Origin: a virus
Lineage: Duplodnaviria > Caudoviricetes
Length of the DNA stretch: 64,000 bases
Reading direction: 5' to 3' (one strand)
IMG/VR virus record: IMGVR_UViG_3300033073_001027
Location: 1-64,000 of that record
The notes beneath the pieces were generated by a model. That model ran no database searches, was not told where the DNA came from, and worked only from the letters and a program-made list of their open reading frames with translations. The position numbers and the translations under genes were made by a program. Positions 57,404 to 64,000 of this stretch are shown here, piece after piece. Positions within the stretch are counted from its first letter, which is position 1; the number at the start of each line of letters is the position of its first letter.

Positions 57404-57411
57404 TATTTATA
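57404..57411 (-). promoter_or_regulatory. T4-type late promoter TATAAATA heading the holin-like/curli/cyclase operon
   Basis: Exact motif 5 nt upstream of the ATG at 57398. Confidence 0.75.
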
Positions 57412-57417
57412 ATAAAA

Positions 57418-58515
57418 TCAATGCAAATACTTAAAATCGCACATCATACGAGTCGGATATCCGTCAGTTCCTTGTGTATCACGAATGTTAAGTTTAAATT
57501 CGTAAGTGGAACTCTTGACGACTATATCGATACGCTTCCCTGCTCCGCCTTTACCACCATAGAATATTTCTTGCGAAATAGGAGTCGCTGCAGTTCGCAT
57601 ATATTGTTCATCAACTGCATAGGATTTTATTTTTCCTGGCATTTTGTGAATAACGTGATAGTTATGACCGATGCCTGTTTCCAACAACGTCTTAAGACCC
57701 TGTTTATCTGGAACAACTGTCTCTTTAGTTCCCTGCTTCAAATCTCCGTTGAATATATCACAAAACTTCTTGGGATCTATCTTAAACAATTCTAGAAGCG
57801 CAAGTCCATCTTTGTTGGTTATATTTCCAGATTGTATTTCACTCTTAGTGAGAATAGTTTTAATACCAACATTAAAGAAGGTAACAGTACTTTCAAATTT
57901 CAAACTTAGATATAGTTTCTTCTGAATACCTTGCTTGTTTTTCCAATGAACTGTTACGTCTGTGACAAGTTCTCCAACATCAGTTCCGCTTCCCTTTGGA
58001 TTCGAAACCTTAATACCATTGGTAAATGTTAGAGGTCTTCTGTTATTCGCGGCACCTTCCGCCGCTACTTTGAAGTCTGACTGGTTTCCTTCGCCAATAC
58101 CATACTTCTTGTCTAGACCTTCAATTGTATCCAACACAGTTCTATCAATATTGTCGAGATTACCTTCTCGCCATTTGTTTAATGCATCGACGAATTCATA
58201 TTCAAACGCATTACCTCTATTCTGAACACCTCTGTTACCAGAAGAACCATCTCCGAATTTCATCTTAAATGGTTGTTGGACTTTGGCAAGAGAAAGTATC
58301 TGAGATTCTGTGAGAGAACCTTTTATCGCACGAACAACATTGATTGGAGAATTCTCTCCTTTTGTCGTATCAATGTTGATTGGAGTTTCTATTGATGGAT
58401 ATTTTGTGCGCAGCAATGCAAAAACACGAGAGCAGTTCTCTCTGTATTTGTCAGACTTACTTTTCAGTTTGTCTTGGATCTCTTTTTCAGATTTTGGGAA
58501 AAAATCGTACGCCAT
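57418..58515 (-). CDS. Hypothetical protein, possible PD-(D/E)XK nuclease fold
   Basis: NRGNAFE...TDVTV...YLSLK pattern; GAGG RBS. Confidence 0.55.
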   Translation of the reverse strand: MAYDFFPKSEKEIQDKLKSKSDKYRENCSRVFALLRTKYPSIETPINIDTTKGENSPINVVRAIKGSLTESQILSLAKVQQPFKMKFGDGSSGNRGVQNRGNAFEYEFVDALNKWREGNLDNIDRTVLDTIEGLDKKYGIGEGNQSDFKVAAEGAANNRRPLTFTNGIKVSNPKGSGTDVGELVTDVTVHWKNKQGIQKKLYLSLKFESTVTFFNVGIKTILTKSEIQSGNITNKDGLALLELFKIDPKKFCDIFNGDLKQGTKETVVPDKQGLKTLLETGIGHNYHVIHKMPGKIKSYAVDEQYMRTAATPISQEIFYGGKGGAGKRIDIVVKSSTYEFKLNIRDTQGTDGYPTRMMCDFKYLH

Positions 58516-58533
58516 AATAGTCCTCTTTAAGAC

Positions 58534-58541
58534 TATTTATA
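58534..58541 (-). promoter_or_regulatory. T4-type late promoter TATAAATA
   Basis: Exact motif upstream of the 58515 start. Confidence 0.75.
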
Positions 58542-58544
58542 GTA

Positions 58545-59663
58545 TCAGCGAATAATATCAATCTTTTCGATCGTTTCGGGCGACCAAATTTCTAAATTTT
58601 GACGCAAACGTCCGTCCGAACGCAAAGTTTCGTATCTTGAGGACGCTTTTTTCTTCCACCAGCGAATAATATTCTCAGAATAGTGCTTGTCAAAGTTTTC
58701 AGGACTCTTAATTAGCGTTTTATCGGTTCCGAGGATGTAATTTTTAGAATTTTCGTATCCGTAAGTCGAAATATAGAATCTTTTTTGCGTTGTAACGTCT
58801 TTGTTCGCCTGAATTGCGTTCGAAAACTCCTTCAAGAGTTCGGATTCGTAATATTTTAGCGAATTTTTGATAACTGCCATCATTTTGTTTTGCATTTTCA
58901 ACTTGTAGGAGGCAATTCCCTCTCTACCAAACAAAGGTTGACCATTATTCTTACTTGCAAACCAATTCATCGTCTCTTCCCAGAAATCATCCGAGAATGC
59001 AAGCACAAAATTGCTTACTGTATCACCAGTGTAGCGAATAAACGGTTTTAGTCCGTCGTATTGCGACGCTTGTTTGATATTTCCGTAAAGAGATGTTGTT
59101 TCAAAAAGACAAGTTTCCATGTCATATTTCTTATTGAACATTTCACGGAACTCATGAGAAGCGCAAAGAAGTGCACAAAGTTTACCACCAAGGTAGTTGA
59201 ACCCAAACGGTTGCGCAGGGACGATAATGAACCCCATAACTGCATGCTTGTTGAAAGATCGTAAATCTGGAACGCGACCAAACCAATCATTACGAGGTTT
59301 AGAATTAATGAGAGGACTGGCGACTCGACAAAATCCAACATATTTTCCTGTGTTCTTTTCTCTTACAATGAATTTAATCTCCTTCCCGAACGAATTCTCA
59401 TTACAGAAAGACGAGGTGATCTCGACCATCGTTGAAAATTCGCTCGGGGAGGGTTCGAAGATCTCAAACTCCATATCTTCAGGATGCATATCGAAATCCG
59501 AGAACAACATGTGTTCTGGTTCACAACCTGGAAGAGTTGCAGGAAGAGACTTCAAACGTTCTAACTTCTTCATGCGCATGTGGTCATCGATTCGACCATA
59601 GTTTGACATATAGTCAATGAATCGACGACCAATATATTCTGCGTCTTGTTTTTCTAATAGCAT
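58545..59663 (-). CDS. DUF4338/DruA-like protein
   Basis: KFIVREKNTGKYVG...SP.....PRNDWFG...IVPAQPFGFNYLGGKLCALL...ETTSLYG....SQYDGL...GDT motifs. Confidence 0.65.
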   Translation of the reverse strand: MLLEKQDAEYIGRRFIDYMSNYGRIDDHMRMKKLERLKSLPATLPGCEPEHMLFSDFDMHPEDMEFEIFEPSPSEFSTMVEITSSFCNENSFGKEIKFIVREKNTGKYVGFCRVASPLINSKPRNDWFGRVPDLRSFNKHAVMGFIIVPAQPFGFNYLGGKLCALLCASHEFREMFNKKYDMETCLFETTSLYGNIKQASQYDGLKPFIRYTGDTVSNFVLAFSDDFWEETMNWFASKNNGQPLFGREGIASYKLKMQNKMMAVIKNSLKYYESELLKEFSNAIQANKDVTTQKRFYISTYGYENSKNYILGTDKTLIKSPENFDKHYSENIIRWWKKKASSRYETLRSDGRLRQNLEIWSPETIEKIDIIR

Positions 59664-59669
59664 TAAATG

Positions 59670-59698
59670 ACTATACTACGAGGAAACAAGAAAGTCAA
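59670..59698 (-). promoter_or_regulatory. sigma70-like promoter TTGACT-17-TATAGT
   Basis: Elements at 59698-59693 and 59675-59670. Confidence 0.7.
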
Positions 59699-59699
59699 G

Positions 59700-60509
59700 T
59701 TAAAAAAGATCTTCAAGTGAAGATTCAACCTTCTTATACTTCTTGTTTCGATCATGCAGTTTCAGTTCTGCATGCCCAGTCGACTCACGAATATACATCG
59801 TACACAGTTCTGGGAAAGTATCAGCAATAATCTTGACGCTGTCATAGACATACTGCTTGGTTCGGAAGTCTTGTAGTCCACCTTCTTCCTTATAGTATCG
59901 CGACTTAACAGTATAATCGTCTAGACGAACTAGAACACCATTCTTAATATACTGGCGAATAGAATATTCGTAGTCTTCACCGTGATTGGTAATACGAGCA
60001 AGGAAGTCATCATGCTCAACAATAACACCAAACATAGAAGCAATGATATAACAGATGTCGTTATAAACACGGTGCTTCATAAAATATGCATTAGCAGCAG
60101 CATAGATACCAAAAGTCTTAGCACCTACCTTGTCACATTCCTCGAAACCACGAAGAATAACTTCCTTCTCCAGATCCTCGACTCGACCCAACTTCTGTTC
60201 GCTAATCTTTACCTGAACTTCTTCAATGTCATCATCGAACATCATGAGACGAGTTCCCTCAGGATACCACTTCTCGATAAAATTGCGCTGAGCACCAATG
60301 GTCGGAACTCCACGAATAATCTCAATATCCTTTGCGTAAGGATTATCCTTCAACGCATTGGCATAGCGATCATATTCACCTTCTTCCTGATCATTAACAA
60401 AGATCTTAATCTTGGCAGGATCAATGTTATACGACTCAAGAACCTTCAACGTCTTATTCTGAACAGTCTTTTCACGATGATAAGACGGGATGGCAATACA
60501 ATAATCCAT
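59700..60509 (-). CDS. TET-associated (GREB1-like, GT-A) glycosyltransferase
   Basis: IAIPSYHR...RNFI...MFDDDI...GEDYEYSI...GGL motifs; coupled to the TET/JBP gene. Confidence 0.8.
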   Translation of the reverse strand: MDYCIAIPSYHREKTVQNKTLKVLESYNIDPAKIKIFVNDQEEGEYDRYANALKDNPYAKDIEIIRGVPTIGAQRNFIEKWYPEGTRLMMFDDDIEEVQVKISEQKLGRVEDLEKEVILRGFEECDKVGAKTFGIYAAANAYFMKHRVYNDICYIIASMFGVIVEHDDFLARITNHGEDYEYSIRQYIKNGVLVRLDDYTVKSRYYKEEGGLQDFRTKQYVYDSVKIIADTFPELCTMYIRESTGHAELKLHDRNKKYKKVESSLEDLF

Positions 60510-61885
60510 TAAAACAAATCCTCCAATGACGATGTTACTTCATATGCTTTAGGGTGATACTTCTCAACTGTTTCTCGACCCATCTTTTCTTCTAGGTAGT
60601 CATACCATTCTTGTTCATCCCACATTCCAGGCGATACGCCATTCCAAAGTGGGCGATAATACTTATGCTCGTGGTTGCTTCTGCGATCTACAACATACTG
60701 CTCCCGAGTTGTTTCGTATTCATACGATCCAAGTTCCAACATGTTCTCGCGGAAATAGCAAACGAGCGAGATACGTTCTGCTTCTGGATTATTTAGAACG
60801 ATCTCAGTGTTACCGTGCATAATTTCATGATTGTTAACAAGCAGCAGATCTCCTGGGCGAACGTTTACTGCGATACGATATTCAGGAAATACTAGATAAC
60901 CACCAGTATAATCCCCGCTACCGACAACAAGCAGATTGCTGAGACCATCGTCAAGATCGCCAGCATCTCTGTGGGCAGCAGTACGGAACGACTTGTTGAC
61001 TGTGATAGTTGTAAATACGGTTCCTGGGACAACAAACTTCTCATCGATTCTGTCGACTGCTGCTTTCTGATTCCCCCAACGCCATGGGAGTAGTTCCTTG
61101 AAACCTCTGTCAAGAGACTGTAGAAAAGGAAAGGAAAGGCGAAACTTATCAAAATTATCGCGAGTGTAACTAGTAGCACGCCCAAAAGGAATTCTCGGAT
61201 AACGATCGTACCACCCAGCAACACCTGAGAAAACCGACTTCGCATAGTTTGTGGTTGAGATCCACTTGGTGGCAACGATTTTTGCTGCATCTACAATTTC
61301 TTCCTTAGACTTTCCATCAAGACTATCGACCCACTTGTCGAACCATCCGAAATATTCTGGATATACCTTACATACCTGACTACGCAACCAGACTGCGCCA
61401 CGAGTTTCATCTGCATTCGAACGAGGCGCACCTGCATACTTAGCACGAATGCTTTCGATTGATACGTCTTCGATCAATCTTCCGCTAGTATCCATCAGGA
61501 AATCGAGCATCTCGAGTTCGTAATCAGTTACCCAGTCACGGCCGCCACGACCCTCTACGCCAAGAATCTCACCGCGAGGACCAGCAGCAAGTCCACGATT
61601 CTGCGATTCGGTTGCTGCTTCTCGCAGTCCGAGATATGCCTGATCCTGTTCTTCCTGAGTAAACCAGTTCTTACGAAACTTGAATGCGATTCGTCGCTCA
61701 TCAGTGCCAATATCGCAATCACTACAATCTTTATCGCATGAAACTTTTGTGTCAAGACCACAGTCTGCTTCCATATAGCAGTCGGTATCTTCATTGATCA
61801 CAACATCAAAGTGACTCTCATCTAGATATTGACCTAGTAGGTGTTCGCAGTCGAGTTTAGACTCTGCGACAATAACTTTTACCAT
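60509..61885 (-). CDS. TET/JBP-family 2-oxoglutarate/Fe(II) dioxygenase
   Basis: SGVAGWYDR, FTTITVNKSFRTAAHRDAGD (HxD), GDLLLVNNHEIMHGNT (distal His) and RISLVCYFRE (2OG-binding Arg). Confidence 0.88.
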   Translation of the reverse strand: MVKVIVAESKLDCEHLLGQYLDESHFDVVINEDTDCYMEADCGLDTKVSCDKDCSDCDIGTDERRIAFKFRKNWFTQEEQDQAYLGLREAATESQNRGLAAGPRGEILGVEGRGGRDWVTDYELEMLDFLMDTSGRLIEDVSIESIRAKYAGAPRSNADETRGAVWLRSQVCKVYPEYFGWFDKWVDSLDGKSKEEIVDAAKIVATKWISTTNYAKSVFSGVAGWYDRYPRIPFGRATSYTRDNFDKFRLSFPFLQSLDRGFKELLPWRWGNQKAAVDRIDEKFVVPGTVFTTITVNKSFRTAAHRDAGDLDDGLSNLLVVGSGDYTGGYLVFPEYRIAVNVRPGDLLLVNNHEIMHGNTEIVLNNPEAERISLVCYFRENMLELGSYEYETTREQYVVDRRSNHEHKYYRPLWNGVSPGMWDEQEWYDYLEEKMGRETVEKYHPKAYEVTSSLEDLF

Positions 61886-61932
61886 AAAATACTCCTTAAT
61901 TAACTCCTACTAGTATATAGACAGGATCAATC

Positions 61933-62484
61933 TTACGCAAAAAATCTACCCCAAGTGGTGTTCTTCTTGACAATACCATCTTTATCGGCAGGAATGGTGA
62001 GAGTGTCGCCCGTATGACCAGTAAGGTCAATGATTGCTTCCTGGAGCATACCACCATATGTGATCTGAACATGGACCTTACTGAGATTCTTACCCTTGAG
62101 ATTACCAATACGATAATTAAAATATCGTTCATCACTAGACGACAGTAAACTCTTGGTAGACTTAGTTTCAATACCACCAACAGTATCTGATCCAGGACTA
62201 TTCTTCGGGAGAAGAGAATCACCCTCAACCAAACACGTATAGATTTCTGCAATCTGCCCTGGACGAAAAACACCTAGTCGGCAGAAGATCTCCAGTAGTT
62301 TCTGATATGGAAGAAGATTACGACGATCTAAAACAATCTCACGAGTGAACGGATCTTCGATTAGAATGTCTTGAGACATGATACTGTCAAGCAACTGATT
62401 GACTGAATACAAATCTCCGACGACATCTGTGTGCTTTTGATTGCTGAGTTCTGCAATAGAACGAGATAATGTATTATTTTCCAT
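61933..62484 (-). CDS. Hypothetical protein, possible restriction-endonuclease-like fold
   Basis: GQIAE...GSD....IETKST pattern. Start reassigned to MENN after a consensus promoter and an AAGGTG RBS. Confidence 0.55.
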   Translation of the reverse strand: MENNTLSRSIAELSNQKHTDVVGDLYSVNQLLDSIMSQDILIEDPFTREIVLDRRNLLPYQKLLEIFCRLGVFRPGQIAEIYTCLVEGDSLLPKNSPGSDTVGGIETKSTKSLLSSSDERYFNYRIGNLKGKNLSKVHVQITYGGMLQEAIIDLTGHTGDTLTIPADKDGIVKKNTTWGRFFA

Positions 62485-62512
62485 AGTTTCACCTTTCACA
62501 TTATAAAGAATC

Positions 62513-62541
62513 ATTATACTAAATTGTAGGAGATTTGTCAA
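62513..62541 (-). promoter_or_regulatory. Consensus sigma70 promoter TTGACA-17-TATAAT
   Basis: Perfect consensus at 62541-62536 and 62518-62513. Confidence 0.85.
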
Positions 62542-63002
62542 GTGTTTTTGTTGTTCATATCATACCAACGCTGGTAGAGTCCAACCTCGCGACCGTATGC
62601 TTCAATTTCCCACGGGCAGTCCCAATATGGATCCTCGTTCTTCTTTGGATCCCAGAACTCTCCCATCCACTTCGAACCAATCCCGATACCCTTACGAGTC
62701 AGACGGAACTGCTTGCTCAACTCATTACGAATATACTGCTTGACATGCACCATCTCGTGCGCCAGCGTCTTAATCATATCCTCGTCGCTCTTCTTACCCC
62801 GAAGGGTAATCGTAAACCATCGAGGATTCTTCGTCTCCTCCTCCGACACGCATTCACCCTGCACATCAGACCGAAGGTTGCGCTCCACATCCAGCGTAAA
62901 CTTAATGCGACTCAACCCCAACGCATGCGCAAATAGCGACACTGCATTGGTAATATCCTCAGTCTGCTTCCGAGAGAATCCAGTTACCGTCAGGTCAATC
63001 AT
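62538..63002 (-). CDS. Zinc metallopeptidase-like protein (HEXXH)
   Basis: TLAHEMVHVKQY and PWEIEAY motifs. Confidence 0.8.
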   Translation of the reverse strand: MIDLTVTGFSRKQTEDITNAVSLFAHALGLSRIKFTLDVERNLRSDVQGECVSEEETKNPRWFTITLRGKKSDEDMIKTLAHEMVHVKQYIRNELSKQFRLTRKGIGIGSKWMGEFWDPKKNEDPYWDCPWEIEAYGREVGLYQRWYDMNNKNT

Positions 63003-63008
63003 GTTAAC

Positions 63009-63037
63009 ACTATACCATAAATTTGAAGAAATGTCAA
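63009..63037 (-). promoter_or_regulatory. sigma70-like promoter TTGACA-17-TATAGT
   Basis: Elements at 63037-63032 and 63014-63009; nearly leaderless ATG at 63002. Confidence 0.75.
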
Positions 63038-63041
63038 GCCA

Positions 63042-63704
63042 TTAAATATCAAGCAACGCTGGTGTGGCAGCACTCTGCCGCTTGTGCTCCAGCGTAATAT
63101 TCGGAGAAATCGAGTTAAGTACCGCATTCGCGGGATACAAACCATTATAGAATTCGATAACACCATCCTCTAGTGCTCGAAGCATAGTCTGCGGAGCATC
63201 GATCGGAATGAATATCGCAGAAGCATAATCCATGGTTCTCCCATGCTTCTTAATCCACTTATTAGCAGCAGCAATATCATCATCGCCAAGATCAGTCATA
63301 ACACGTCGAACGAACTTACCAATACGCTCTCGTGGGTCACGAATAGTTGATCCAACATACACTGATATTTCACCACTGATTGGATGTTCATAGTAAATCA
63401 CATACAACCCTCGTGTCCCCTTAATACTGGGGATATTATAGTCAAGGAAATCAATTCCCTTATACTCACCAGTCGAACTATAACGTGGTGTAATTCTGGT
63501 CTTTTCCGTCATAGTCAATACCATACTGACATACTCTGAAAGAAAATCCACATACTGCGGTAAAATCAATGTACCATCAAGTCCATATAATGTGCCATTA
63601 AGTGCACGTGCGCAACTCTCAACAACTGGACTCATCGTTGATTGCTTAACAAACATATCTGATGCCAATCTAACTGCCACTGCATGTGCTAATTCATGTT
63701 TCAT
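63042..63704 (-). CDS. GIY-YIG-like nuclease domain protein
   Basis: GLYVIY...YVGST....RERI...LE pattern; start at MKHELAH after AGGAGG. Confidence 0.55.
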   Translation of the reverse strand: MKHELAHAVAVRLASDMFVKQSTMSPVVESCARALNGTLYGLDGTLILPQYVDFLSEYVSMVLTMTEKTRITPRYSSTGEYKGIDFLDYNIPSIKGTRGLYVIYYEHPISGEISVYVGSTIRDPRERIGKFVRRVMTDLGDDDIAAANKWIKKHGRTMDYASAIFIPIDAPQTMLRALEDGVIEFYNGLYPANAVLNSISPNITLEHKRQSAATPALLDI

Positions 63705-63723
63705 ATTATGCCTCCTTATTGTT

Positions 63724-63903
63724 TCATGCTTCAACTGTAGTAGCGTATCCGTTTTTCACTTCACGCTTTCTTGATGCCTGTGCTCTCTTCACTTCTTTAT
63801 CGGAGAGTCCCAACCCCCTCGCCCATTCATAATTGTCCAGGAGGACAACAATGCCATCAGGGGTGATATACTCATAGTAGAAGTAGTGCGCTTTCCTTGC
63901 CAT
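63724..63903 (-). CDS. Hypothetical protein, 59 aa
   Basis: Read manually: MARKAHYFYYEYITPDG...YATTVEA*; TGATG coupling. Confidence 0.6.
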   Translation of the reverse strand: MARKAHYFYYEYITPDGIVVLLDNYEWARGLGLSDKEVKRAQASRKREVKNGYATTVEA

Positions 63904-64000
63904 CAGTTAAACTTCCCTTCCATAAAGTCTTCCACCCACTGAAAGAACGTGTCGTAATCGTATAGCACAGTCTCCAATAGTTCCGCTTCAATCTGTGCAG
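63903..64000 (-). CDS. 3' end of a hypothetical protein (partial)
   Basis: Open frame ...AQIEAELLETVLYDYDTFFQWVEDFMEGKFN* whose stop overlaps the next ATG. Confidence 0.5.
   Translation of the reverse strand, partial: AQIEAELLETVLYDYDTFFQWVEDFMEGKFN

Noticed and set aside
58545-59663. Druantia anti-phage system
   Set aside because: Only a DruA/DUF4338-like gene is present, with no DruE helicase or other partners, and the context is a lytic phage DNA-modification region.
63042-63704. Intron-associated homing endonuclease/mobile element
   Set aside because: Only a weak GIY-YIG-like motif is present, with no interrupted host gene or intron structure visible.

Overview
This is a 64-kb segment of a large T4-like myophage genome. 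The host is probably an alphaproteobacterium, inferred from the permuted tmRNA, the SleB-type hydrolase and the CHASE2 cyclase/FecR genes. Left to right: (1) 1-28650 is a virion/baseplate module (Tyr/Gly-repeat protein, VrlC/DUF4815-like protein, gp8, gp7, gp6, gp25, a split gp5 carrying GH19-like and M15 hydrolase domains, a hub protein with an M23 peptidase, gp53, gp48, gp4, gp2, gp54-like, and gp26/gp51 with a candidate -1 frameshift before a tape-measure-like gene). (2) 28684-34457 holds gp32, gp59, gp33, a cell-wall hydrolase, a circularly permuted two-piece tmRNA, an exonuclease, PhoH and a DenV-like glycosylase. (3) 34432-48562 is an operon of eight N-terminal-twitch radical SAM enzymes plus an SGNH-like protein, a 34-aa PFIY peptide, a carbamoyltransferase and a glycosyltransferase. 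(4) 49586-57411 is a late-promoter operon with two holin-like proteins, CsgF, CsgG, two curlin-repeat secreted proteins, a FecR-domain protein and a CHASE2 adenylate cyclase. (5) 57418-64000 is a DNA-hypermodification locus (TET/JBP dioxygenase, TET-associated glycosyltransferase, DUF4338-like protein) with small early genes. RGCY tetramers look strongly avoided across the window. All family calls come from motifs recognised by eye; no database search was run.
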